The position numbers and the translations under genes were made by a program. A stretch of DNA of 64,000 nt, taken from assembly GCF_023055435.1 (NCBI RefSeq), contig NW_025963857.1, positions 29,078,001 through 29,142,000 on the forward strand. Direction: 5' to 3'. The notes beneath the pieces were generated by a model that was not told where the DNA came from, searched no databases, and worked only from the letters and a program-made list of their open reading frames with translations. This stretch comes from Haliotis rufescens. Taxonomy: Eukaryota. Shown here piece after piece: positions 52,100 through 64,000 of this stretch. The first letter of the stretch is position 1, and every line of letters starts with the position of its first letter.

Positions 52100-52770
52100 G
52101 AATCGATAGCGGCCTGACATCTCCTACCCATGGAAGAGACGAGTATGCGAATCACGTCCTTTGGAATGGTAGCCCACTCGGCCTGCAACGCAAAAGCCAA
52201 CTGCTGCAACGTCTAGGGGTTGTGGCTGACGTCGGCGTAGCCGTCTATCCAATTTATCCCACAGGTGCTCTGTCGGGTTCAAATCCGGGGATCTGGGTGT
52301 CCAAGGGAGAACATCAAAGTTATTGATGTGTAGACAAGCTCTTGTACTCCGTGCTGTATGCGATCGAGCGTTGTCCTTCTGGAATACACCGTTGCCGTTG
52401 GGAAGACGTGTGGTAGGAGAAATTCGTTGATGTATCGTTGAACCGTAATATGGATCAAACCTGTCCGGCGATGATGAGAGATAGCCGCCCACATCATAAC
52501 GCTAACCCCACAAAACCTGTCCAATTCCTGTACGCATTTTCCAGTGTAACGTTCTTCCCGACGTCTGTAGACCAGTGCTCTTCCATACCTTCGATGGAGG
52601 AGAAATCTTGATTCGTCCCTGAACCAGACATCTCCCCATCGCAGGTGAGGACATACCCTGTGTTGACGACTCCACTGCAGTCGTTGATCGGGATTCCCCT
52701 GCCTGAAAGCGGCCGATGACGTTGTTTTTTGCACTTCTTGTTAATATTGGCATGTTGTTGAACTGTCACT
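52100..52770 (-). mobile_element. Tc1-like (DD34E) transposase relic
   Basis: VWFRDESRF, FQKDNARSH and WTPRSPDLNPTEHLWD; 34 residues between D and E. Confidence 0.85.
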
Positions 52771-53929
52771 GATCGAATGACGCAACATTCAAGGCCTTAA
52801 TAAAGCTTTCAAAATGTTTCACTATCGACATGTGGATGCTATTTCAGTGACAAAAAAATGCCTGATGCAATTCCCGATTTTGACATATGTTATCAGGTGA
52901 ATAATTGACATGTCTTCGTATGTGTTTGTGACGGGTGACACCGGTGGGGCAGGATACACTCACCTTTTCACAAACACCTGGTATCAGCACTATTTAATAG
53001 TGATTAATAAACACATACTTATCGTACAATGGATACAATTTTTCCGCTCTTATTACAACGCCTGATTATAATGCCGCCTGTCTACTGTCAATTGTCATGT
53101 GGATATCAACATCGACAGAGACAGAGGATCATTTAAATGACTTTTTTATGCCTTAGTTAGGTTGACGTTTCATAAAGTTATTTTGAAAAGTAATCACACA
53201 AGCACTGCAACAATAGCCGTGAACTAAAATTGATACATACATGGGGGTTTACGGGGACACCCATGTTAGTATTGTTGATAATCATGTCTGACACACCCGT
53301 GGAAATTCCAACGTAAAATAGGTCCCAGGTGTACTCGTAACTGATTAAATGGTGATTGGTTATTGATAATTTTGTGCAACGTTTCACCGACTACGTATAT
53401 CGTATCTCATGATATTAAGCCCTCGTTAGCATGGTTCAGATTCGATTTTCTACAGACTGTGTTATAGTTGCTTTGTGAAAAAGGAACTCGATCACACCTT
53501 TATGTTCAAACTAAGTTCCATAACAGTGAAGGGATTCGATAATGGAATTGACTTACATGACATTTTGCTGAAAATATTTTTTAGATGAAATTTTCAGAAT
53601 ACTCCTTTTGCTCAAGTAGAGGATATTTACTTGACGCTGATGACCCTGTGCTAGCTGACAATGCAGGTAATTGAGATTCAAGTATATGTGTTGCTGGTCT
53701 TTGTTTAACACAATGGATGTGATTAATAATAACTATACATATACTGGGATACATGTTACGTTCATGTTAATGCAGCAAAATGAAAATAATTAATGTCCAG
53801 AAAGGCGAAAGGCGAATTTTAAGCCCATGATAAAACAAACATCAAATATCATACATGTTTTAAAGCCGCCCTAAAGTGATAAGTCTACTGTCCTGCTCTG
53901 AGTGAGATAGTAGGAGTACTGACTGCAAT

Positions 53930-54155
53930 CCACCCGGGTAGAGAATATGTCTTCAGCAAGCCGTGCTTGCTGTTAAAGGCGACGACGTCAGGCTCGCTGA
54001 CTTGTTTGATGCATATCATCGCATCCGAACTGCGTAGAGTGATGCTCATGATGTTAATCACTGGATTTTCTGGTCTGGGTTCGATTATGTACAGACCGAC
54101 GTCATATATAGCTGGAATTTTGCGTGCGGCGTTAAACAACAAACAAATTAAACAA
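53930..54155 (+). mobile_element. SINE-like repeat family 4
   Basis: Core as above plus a gcggcgttaaacaacaaac tail. Confidence 0.75.
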
Positions 54156-57100
54156 AAATGGCTACAAACCTACTGTGAATCCTGGCTTTTGTACCTATTT
54201 ATTCAGTTGGTGTGGAATATACATGATTCTAACTACCTTTTACTTACGTTCTACTATATGACCTATATATTAAAATAGCAAGCACAAGGACTAGATAATG
54301 CCTCCTCATTAGTGACAGTCGTATAACAATGACAATCATATGAGATATAATTGTAGTTACTCACCTAACAGTAATTCGTTATCTGTATTTATCAATATCG
54401 TGTGTCTCCGTTGGGTTCAAGACACGTCCGCACACGACGTCATGCAGAGCTCGTCAGACGTCGGGTTACCAGTACTTCATCCGTGTTAAGCTTCGTTAGT
54501 TTGCAGGAGGATAGGTCGTGTTCTAATCTAATGGTCAAGGTAGTCCCAGCGGTGTTCAAGTGGCGACACGTCAAGGACGCGAGCTGACCAAGGGAAAACG
54601 TTGAATTGACGTTATTGAATAGCAGATGGTGGTGTTTGTGATCTTGTGCTGCCATGTTGAACAATATCCGTGTGTTTATATTAGTTGTAGGAAGGGACCC
54701 AATGTCTCACGCTTCATGTAATGTTGTGCTGTGAGATTAGCATTGAACACAGCAAATTGAGACTTTTTCACACAAATCCAAGCTAAAAATCTTGCCGCTG
54801 CCACTACACTGAGCCATGAATTCTTCCCGATGAAGATACAGATGTGCTCTACCATTCTGCTCTGAAAAGCTGGAACCAGCTCTGCCCAGACACAAAATTA
54901 CTTCCTGTTCTGTCATCGTTGTGCAGAGCGCACACACGTCTTTGACGTCGATTATTACGTGTCAACAATGACCACCATTAAAGTCGATAAGCCACAGTGA
55001 CGCGGACGCCTGGATACCGTGAAACAGCTGATATGTCGTCGGGCAGTTCATGCTGATGACGTCACAGCCAAACGTTGATTCCTCAAATGAAACATAGGCT
55101 AACAGGGCTAGGTCATTTGGTGGTCGGTCTGTCCTTGGTCTGTCGGCCCTGTCTGTCATTATCGTGACAGAAAGCTGGTGATGTTTCATGAGTGCAAGCA
55201 AGATGTGTAGCGATTATGTCAAGTCTGTATTCCAACTACAGCTTACCAATTACCCTTTCTCTCGGTACTGCCAATATACATGACATACAGTATTGCTGTT
55301 GATTTCTTTACCCCTTGTGCATTGACGAATATTCTGAGTAGTTTTATACCAATATGCATCATGTTATCATACTGCGCCAGTATTCCCAATGTTAGAGAAT
55401 ACAGTAGGTTCACACGAAAACCAGCAGACAAAAGCAAGCTTTCAGTTGCACCCCTGTCTGTTGCATGTCCACAATAAATTTTACATGATTATCGAAATTA
55501 TTTTTGTAGTTTATCTTGCTCTTCAGTCTATTCAGAATTGCATGCTTTGACATCGCACTTGAACATTGGTAGTTCATGGATGTTTTCTATAAGTTGCGTC
55601 TAAAGGCGAAATCAACGTATGAACTGAAAGACCCAATGAATTTATCAATCCACGTAAACTATGTTGTCTAACCCTTTCCTTTTGCATGAACATGAATAGT
55701 GTTTCAATATCAGCCAGGCCGTGGTGGATAAAGTGCTGTTTTTCATGCCCCAGTTTATGTTCAGACAACCCGATCATTTATTACTGTATGCTGGCAAATT
55801 AAACCGACCAGACAACATATTAATACAGTCAGAGGCCTTTGATAAGGAAAATCTTTCAAAACTATGACATCAGTTGCCCTGTCAAGGAAAATTACATAGA
55901 ATTTATTAACTAAAAGCAGATGCTTTCACACAAGATTATAATATACGTAATGCACCCTAGATTGGTTAATACTGTGTCCAGATAATATCAGCGTGGTGAT
56001 GCATACCACCATTCACCAGATAGTTATGCTGTATCAGATAACGGTACTTGAGAGATATGGGGTATCTCATTTACCATGTGATATTGTCATGTACATATTT
56101 GCCCGTTGATCTTCGGACTGGTAGTTAAGAGACCTAGTTGTTGCTTTTCCACGTGGCTTTGGCGTGTTTTCAACACACTGATAGCACTGATGCTGGTACA
56201 AGAACAAATATTACACTCAACTGTTACACTGCAGGTTACTTTAATATTTAATTCATGAATAAATTGGTCAGAGCTTTTATTTAGCCCCTGCATGCACTGG
56301 ACACCATTGTATCGTTTCGTAGTAGCCTTCACTAGTCTGCTTGGCTGACTGACTGTATTGACTGTATTGCATGGGAACAGAAGACAAAAGAGTCCCTTGG
56401 ATCATATCCACTATACCATAAGCATACGTTTATGAATCTCCATCAAATAGTGATGATCCTAGGTGTCCGCGAAAAGTACAGCATATCCTCCTCCACCAGA
56501 GGCATCCGACAAATTGTTTACAAAATACAGAAACTGAACGACAAAACCATCACTGACTGATCCAGTGTGTTAGCAACATCAAGATGTCCAGCATTTGGAT
56601 TACCATCATTGCAGCTACACGTACACATGCATGATTGCGTAGTTTATGGTATCACTGTGTGTGGCTAACCAGAAGGCTCCAGGGTACTCTTAAGTCATCG
56701 TCACAACACATGACGTCACACTGCAATGTTCTTGTACATATCTACCATTCATTCAATGCGACTCTTGCTATTGACGAATCATAATGGAATGGTTTATGCT
56801 ATAAATGCAATGAGATTATTCGTTAGTATGAGAGAAGGAAAAAGCTCAATAGCATGCAAATGTGTGTCCGAGTTTGGTACGATTCTATGTATGACATTGT
56901 ATATTTTGTTAGATGCAATCAGCACTTTATTGATTTCTCAGTTTTTGCAACTCAAATCGAAATTATCTTTGTAGTTGTATAACAAGTAGCACTTGCCATT
57001 TCTGTATTTGATATTGCGAATATCAAACTGGTCCAGTGAATGGATGTAGAATATTTGTTTCGTTTCAAATAACATCAGAATGAATCTTCGATATCAAAGC

Positions 57101-57679
57101 TTTATACCATAAGCTCAGTTAATGAACAAGAAAGGGGATGAAACGTTCATCATTTATTACGGATAAAAAAAAATTGTCTAATGCCTGAGAGAAGTAACCT
57201 CTTTTAATTGTCTGTGACTGAGTGACTTGGACGAAACGCCGGTTTTAGAAAGTAAAATGTGCCGGTTGATGTCAATGTCAGGACAATGTAATGTCATAGG
57301 GGACACCAAATCACATAATGCGGCATCAACGTGTCATCACCTCTTCGCATTTTTGTTTCAGTTTTTTTACACAAACGTAATTTCGCTTCTGTCGTGAGTG
57401 TTTTTGATACTATTAATAAATATTATTAACCGCCATCAATCAGTTTTTTTGTCTCATCAACATTATCTTCTTTAAAAAACTTGAGACGAGTCGCCAATAT
57501 TTTGCAACGTGCTTTAAAAGTTGCAAAAAGTAAAATTACAATAGTTAAAGCATTATAAGTTAAAGAAACCACGACTGATGAGAGCGATCCTTCAGATTAA
57601 CAAAATCTTGCATGAATTTAGCAAGGATCACAAGGAGAGTTCAGGCCTCAGCAGAGTTTTTGTATACAAACAATGCCAG

Positions 57680-58320
57680 TTAGTAGCCCATTGGTGGATC
57701 GTTGACTCAGATATTGCTTGGACGATGGTCTCTCAGAGATCAGAACATTTTACAAATTGTGAGAGGCCATATAATTGAATTCACTGAGACTCGGTTGTAT
57801 GAAACCAAAATCAATGGAAAACAGGGACTAAATAAATTATATATTAATATCATGCTGAGCAAGGGAATCGTTGATCACCATCAACATAATCTTGAGGGTC
57901 ACGTCAGCACCGTACCAAAATTGAGGTCAGGTGAGGTGAGGTGAAATGGGGTTTAACGTCGCGTCCAAGATTATTGCACTTATATAGCGACGTGCATGCG
58001 CGTGTATGTATGTGTGAGGCTGCTTGTACTAGTCCGGACTAATGCCGATTTATAGTGCTAGCTCACTGAGATACCATGCCGCAGTTTAACATGAATACCC
58101 CACTCAGACACAGTATACTGACTCCGAGCCGACCAGTCCTTGTTTTAGCCCCTTAATGCCGAGCGCCTGACAGGGTAACAACAAGTACCATCTTTTAACG
58201 TCTTTTGGTATGACGCGGCCGGGGATCGAACCCCGGACCTTCCACTCTCCGGGCGGACGTACCAAAATTGAGCAAAAGTTATTCTAAATTTCAAACATCT
58301 AAATCACTCAGTAGATACAT
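57680..58320 (+). mobile_element. DIRS-like retrotransposon RT relic, split by a SINE
   Basis: W..RDQNILQIVRGHIIEF, MLSKGIV and STVPK before the SINE; ILNFKHLNH after it. Confidence 0.5.
57926..58257 (-). mobile_element. SINE family 2, 5'-truncated
   Basis: 15-bp TSD cgtaccaaaattgag (57911-57925, 58258-58272). Confidence 0.9.
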
Positions 58321-58374
58321 GATACACATGTAACTGAAATACTTTTCCAAGTGTCTTTACACCGTCCACGCCAA

Positions 58375-58608
58375 CTACATGTACGTTATAGCGGAGGCGG
58401 TCTCTAAATAATCGAGTTTGGACCAGATAATCCAGTTATTGACATCATGAGCATCGACCCACGCCATTGGGATTCGATGACATGAATCAACCAAGTCAGC
58501 GAGCCTGATCACTCGATCCCATTAGTGGCCTCTTACGACAAGCATAGTCGAATTTTATGGCAAGCATGGGTTGCTGAAGACTTATTCTTACCCGGATCTT
58601 CACGGGTC
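58375..58608 (-). mobile_element. SINE-like repeat family 4
   Basis: Shares the core tcaggctcgctgacttggttga...gatgctcatgatg..ctggattatctggtcca with 13135-13355, 26420-26640 and 53930-54155. Confidence 0.75.
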
Positions 58609-59476
58609 CTCCAGCTACGTGAAATGATTTTGTACACACATTTCTTACATTACTGTTTAACCATGTGTGATCAGATATGACTCGCGTTCGGTGGTACCAA
58701 CTGAAAAGGTTACACATACACCATTCATACAAAAGATATAGGGTATACAATATACAGAAACTCGATGAGATGTTGTTATGTAAGGTTGTGTACTCAACAC
58801 ATACAGTCGACTAGTAAATGGCCTGACAATTACATTGTCATATTAATTCATATATTTGTTATATATCTAGTGAAATCTATGTTTCATTTTAGTTAAATAA
58901 CACTTTATGCCGAAATTACACTTTAGTCTGCCTGCAGACTAAGGACCATAAGACTATATAATATAACGAATAACAATTGTATCTCATGTTGTGACCCTTT
59001 GCGCCGCGCATTACTATTTTTATTACATGTACATTACACAACAATGTAGAAATTGTAGAAACATACTTGACTCCATGTGCAAATAGATATGCTGACAAGC
59101 ACACACTATAGTTCACAACAAAGCCAGGCTAAAGCCATCGATCATACCATTTTGTTGTGAAATTAATTGTTGAGTGATCAGAGGAAAGACATCAACTAGG
59201 ATTCACAACAGACTAACATTACAAATGCAATGCTAATCAATGATGGATTATTAAGCGCTTTGTGCTAACTTGATGATCGTAATTTCAGGAAACTGTGTAT
59301 AACTATATGTTTATTTCCATCGCTGCTAATGGGAACATTAAGCTAAATAGTTATGAAGACCCTATTCTCGTTACATTTCATATGTAGCGGTTATGCAATC
59401 AGTTCTCATTATTTCAGTCTTGTACACATGATCCACACACAGACTGTTCATCAAAGTAATTTTCATATTGATGAAT

Positions 59477-61612
59477 TCAATGTTTTTCAAAACCGTATAC
59501 TCTTACGTAGCGACTGTTATTTACATACAACACACTGTCATCATCCAGACAGATACTATGGGGATAATGCATGCCATCCTTTTGTGTGAGGACATCTCTG
59601 ACAAACTGCCCCGACTTTGTCAGTTGAATCACCCTGTGGGTGTCTCTGTCCACAAGAAGGATGTCTCCTGTCCTGATTGTTGTGATACCTTGCGGGTATG
59701 TTAGAGCTCTGTCTCCTGTGGGAGTGTAGGTGAAAACAGTTTTGCCTTTTCTGGTCACTGACACAATAGATTTTACTGTTACTTCACTAACTACTAACTT
59801 TTTTTCCCCAGAAACATGTATTTCATGTGGGTTCCTTATCACACCTGTCGAGATAGATTTAAGAATATTCCCTTTCATATCCAGCACGTCAACAGAGGCA
59901 CGACCATCGTAACCACCTACCAGGAGTTGTGAAGGGTTCAGGAAGGCTAAACCACCATATTTCCTCCTTGTTCTAACAGTTGACTGTAATGTAGGTTCAG
60001 GGTCAAAGTTGATGAAAGCTATTTGTCGTGTGTCTGGCAGAGTAACAGCTGCCCGAGCTCCACCCACCTTAGCTATTCGCATTGGCTGAGAAGGAAGTTG
60101 GAGACATGTATTGAAGGATGTTTTGCTTGGAACGTAACATGTGCTGAGTCGACGATGTAAATAATCTATCACAGTAATTACCTTGATACCATGAACTGTC
60201 AATACAACCACATCACGCAAATCATAAAACATGTCTCCAGATCTACAGTCAATTTCGTGCATGAGAACAGGAGAAGACGTCCGGTCACTTAGACCTCCAA
60301 CAGTATTGGCCTTCCCCAGCTGCACCTCATCCACATATCTCCTCAGCTTATCTGTGTCATGTGTGAAGACAATGGTGGATGGTATTGGTCTTTTGTCCTC
60401 AGTTGTGTCCTTATCTCTGTATGCTACAGCCACAGTCCCATATATATCATACATGTCTGCTACACAGTTTGCCTTCACGGCTTTGTCTGTGAACTCATAC
60501 CGCTGCTGACGCATCTGGAGGTCAATTTCCTGGGACTTTCTGTAGGCTTTCAATTCTTGTACACGTGTCTCAGTGAGTTTGTCGATGCGATCAAGCAGTT
60601 TCTTTTCTTTTCTCAGGAGAACGTCTACAGCTACCATACGTTCTTTCTGAACTTGGTCTTTCATCACTTGTGCGTTTATCAACAGGTTTTTAATTTCCGA
60701 GTTTGTTGATGAAATGTTATCATTGTAAGTTTTAATCTTCTTCTCTTGGTTTCTAGTTTCATTGATCAATGTTTCTGTTACAAGAGGCGTCATGGCATCT
60801 ATGGTTTCAACATCATCACACTTCCTGTGTTTGATACTGCAGCATACAGTACAAATTGCCATCCTGCAATCTTTACAAAACAGTTTTATCTTCTCATCCT
60901 TGTGAATTCTGCACATAAAGCGCTGTTCCTTTGGTTTCTCGTTACCATGGATACGTAAGTCAATCACTTTATGGTCACGTAACCGTGGCATCTTCTTGTG
61001 TAACTGGAGACACCCATCACAGAAGACATCGTCACAAATGGTGCACCACATTGTACCTGGAGTTGTCTCCCCATCTTCTTTGCACACGCTACAGGTATCT
61101 AAACATAAAGCACAGCATGTTACAAAAACTACAATTTCTAGAACACACAACCACATACTACAACTTTTAATACATACTGTATGTTTACGAGCCATAGTTG
61201 TTAGGTGTTTAAATGTCAATATAAACCAGCTCACTTCGAACTCAATCCTTCTCACTTTAATAAATATATAACTGCATTTCCAATACCTTGGTGTGCAAGA
61301 CATGAAAACGTTTCAAAATTCCCTACCTGACGATTCCCCCAAATCGTCCATCAGCCCCTGGATGACGTGGCTTGGTTTCAGTTGACTGACCCACTTCTCT
61401 ACTGGACTGTCAGGGTTGGCCACCCTCGTCAGTTGTCTGCAGGAGGGACATGGAATAGACTTGGCTTGAATTGCTTCAGGCTGTGTTTTGGTGTATTTCA
61501 GCAAACAGGACTTACAGAAAGTGTGATTACACTGAAGTGTGGCAGGGTCTGTGAACACTTCTGTACAGATGACACAGGTCAGATGGTTGTCCGTCAATTT
61601 TGCGGTGGCCAT
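59477..61612 (-). CDS. TRIM E3 ubiquitin ligase (RING-Bbox1-Bbox2-coiled coil-NHL-like propeller; TRIM56/TRIM2/3-like), copy E, intact, ~635 aa, two coding exons (61612-61327, 61098-59477)
   Basis: Exon 1 has a C3HC4 RING (CVIC...CNHTFCKSC...CPSC). Donor TCAG|GTAGGG and acceptor tgtttag|AT join in frame (phase 1, 228-nt intron). Exon 2 has B-box1 (CSVC..CTIC..CDGC..H..H), B-box2 (CRIH..CKDC..CTVC..H), a helical K/E/Q-rich region and NHL-type repeats (YPQGITTIRTGDILLVD, YPHSICLDDDSVLYV). Confidence 0.9.
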
Positions 61613-62199
61613 TTCTGATGGAAAGAAATAGTCCGACTTAGCTATGTCTTCAGTACGAGTTTATGAAAATATATTTCATGGTGCTATGTATCTCCAATGA
61701 TCTNNNNNNNNNNNNNNNNNNNNNNNNNNNNNNNNNNNNNNNNNNNNNNNNNNNNNNNNNNNNNNNNNNNNNNNNNNNNNNNNNNNNNNNNNNNNNNNNN
61801 NNNNNNNNNNNNNNNNNNNNNNNNNNNNNNNNNNNNNNNNNNNNNNNNNNNNNNNNNNNNNNNNNNNNNNNNNNNNNNNNNNNNNNNNNNNNNNNNNNNN
61901 NNNNNNNNNNNNNNNNNNNNNNNNNNNNNNNNNNNNNNNNNNNNNNNNNNNNNNNNNNNNNNTCAGCTACGGGTCCTGTGTCCAGTACAATGGTCTACTG
62001 ATAAAGGGGCATAACTCTAATATTCATGTACGAATTTGCGACGTTAGTATAAACTGTCACCACTGCATAAATCTGTTCACACTTGGAATCTAGATCTCAC
62101 AAACACTTGTGATATATGGTTGCGTCGTTTTGAAGACACCTAACAGTACATTCAACATATGTTAAAATGTTACACTTATTTCAGCCTGCAATTTAGGAC

Positions 62200-62500
62200 T
62201 CGAGGAATGTTCAAGCTACTTTCGTTATTGAAGTTCAATTTACCTTGATGTCGACTATATTTCAAATATATGAGTGGTTTTAACACGAGTCTGTGTGCAA
62301 TGAATCCGAAAACAACATATTCCTATTGTATTTCAACAGAGATCTAGTGTGTTACCTTTACAGATACGCAACTTGGACGAGCACCCGGGGTAGACTGTTT
62401 ATCACTTCCTGGTTGTTGCCAAGGCTTGCACTGATGATCACGTGACATGTTCAAGCCATCGGGGAGAATGTATGTGATCACGTGACACGCGAATCTCGTA
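62200..62500 (-). promoter_or_regulatory. Putative promoter plus non-coding exon 1 of TRIM copy E
   Basis: TCACGTGA at 62438 and 62478, ETS-type CACTTCCTG at 62403, and minus-strand donors AAG|GTAAC (62355) and AAG|GTAAAT (62243). An acceptor ttccatcag lies 2 nt before the ATG. Confidence 0.6.
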
Positions 62501-63397
62501 CACTGTGACACAGTTTCTCAGATCTATTGTGAGCAGTCAGCAGATATATCATGTTGTGAGAGTTTATTGTGACGAAACACTATTGGAATAACAAATACAA
62601 TGCTCCCAATACAACGTCATATGTGAAGTACTGTGCGCCGTGTTCAAATACTATAATATATGAAATACACAGAACACAGTACAGTAAATCATGAATCATT
62701 CAAATTATATTTGAAATGAATCATTTTATAAATATATTCGTTTTCTGTTGAAATAAACAGAATAAATAAGCTGTTGTGTTGTTCTTAGCATAGCAAATGT
62801 CAATTCTAACAACAAGATAACTGTAGAAATGATATCTTCCCATCATGCTCCAAGTCAGAAGACATTTGTCATTATGCACATAAGATCAAAGTTCGGTTCA
62901 GTTGTAAGAGTCATACTTGTTATAGATTGACTGCAGTAAAAAAGTTCGTGAATATAGAGCACGGTATAATGATATTTTACATTGTAATCACAATATTAAT
63001 ATATTAAATTTCACCAATAAAGATTTTTGACAAAGCCTTCATTGTTTTAATACAACCGAGGTGAAAAATGTTAGTCAACACACATAACTAAGATTTCGAT
63101 GAAATAACCTTTAATTGTTAAGTAAAAAAGTTTGAAAAGCCCTCACAAACAACGTGTTCCGACATCTGCTTGCAGCAAACAGCTGAGAAAGCCATGTTAA
63201 ATACAGACTAAATACTGAAATACAGATTAAAAAACGTGACTGAATATTGCAGAAAGTGCTGATGATAAGTTAATTATATTATACACACAATGCTCCTCAG
63301 CAAATAACATAACTCATATCGTTTGTAGACCATCTGCTCTTTCAAATCAACCACCCACATATAGACAGGCGACATACCACATAATCAAACCCTACCA

Positions 63398-63469
63398 CAT
63401 CTTCCCTAGGCAAGGGGTTAACTGACTATTGCTTTTACAGTCAGTTAATTCCCTTGCCTCGGGAAGATG
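63398..63469. mobile_element. 72-bp fold-back MITE with 9-bp TSD
   Basis: ~30-bp inverted arms catcttccc.aggcaaggg..ttaactgact; TSD accctacca at 63389-63397 and 63470-63478. Confidence 0.85.
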
Positions 63470-64000
63470 ACCCTACCACAGCCCAGCAGCAATGTGTAAC
63501 CACTATGAATGCAACGCGCTAAAAACTTAACAATACATCGCTTTATCTATCAATTCTCGGACAAACCTACAAGAACAAATAAATACCGAAATAAATAAAT
63601 CATTTGGCCGTAACACTTTAGATAGGACTTGTGTCCATACATCAGGAATCTAAACATGTGTCAAATTAAAAAGTAATTTACAAAAAACCCTGATCTTTAT
63701 TGACATGTTCATATTTAGGAACATAGACGTTTATATTAACAAACCGACAATGAAGGCCCAGATTATGAAACTTTGAATTAACTGTAAATAAGGACTAAAA
63801 TACCATCTGCATGGCCGTGAACATTAAACAGAACTTTAAAAATACAATGTAAATAAAATAGAGGATCTTACCCTTGTGTCTTTGATATGAAACGAGCGTT
63901 GACATATTTCACCCAATGATTCACTATATGATGATGTGACTGCCCCGATATCAACCTCATGTATATGTCCTCTGATTCACTATATGGTAATCTGACAATA

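Noticed and set aside
54400-55780. Possible LINE ORF1 or LTR RT relics
   Set aside because: Only vague matches (DISAVSR, ADIETLF); too degenerate to call.
60231-61271. Plus-strand ORFs antisense to TRIM exons (also 42380-43405, 4633-5597)
   Set aside because: Shadow ORFs of the coding strand with inconsistent boundaries among paralogs.

Overview
AT-rich, repeat-dense animal (eukaryotic) DNA. It is most likely a mollusc; the SINE families look gastropod/abalone-like, which is an inference. The window holds a tandem array of TRIM E3-ligase genes, all on the minus strand, each with a RING exon, a phase-1 intron of ~170-230 nt, and one long exon encoding B-box1, B-box2, coiled coil and an NHL-like beta-propeller. 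Two copies look intact (43690-41539, ~640 aa; 61612-59477, ~635 aa). One lacks the propeller (20220-18909, ~379 aa), one has a destroyed RING exon but a fully open 1.6-kb second exon (31205-29149), and one is a pseudogene (5831-3939). At least six further relics are present. RING and B-boxes are nearly invariant between copies. Propeller differences concentrate at the loop positions that form the ligand-binding top face of NHL propellers, and the copies are recombinant mosaics. About ten copies of an upstream module (TCACGTGA E-boxes, ETS site, splice donor) probably represent the promoter and a non-coding first exon. The rest is transposon debris: four SINE families, a DD34D mariner nested in a Crypton-like element, three Tc1 relics, BEL/Pao, DIRS, R4/Dong and other LINE fragments, a 72-bp hairpin MITE, and mini/microsatellites. 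No prokaryotic system, CRISPR array, rRNA or genuine tRNA gene is supported.
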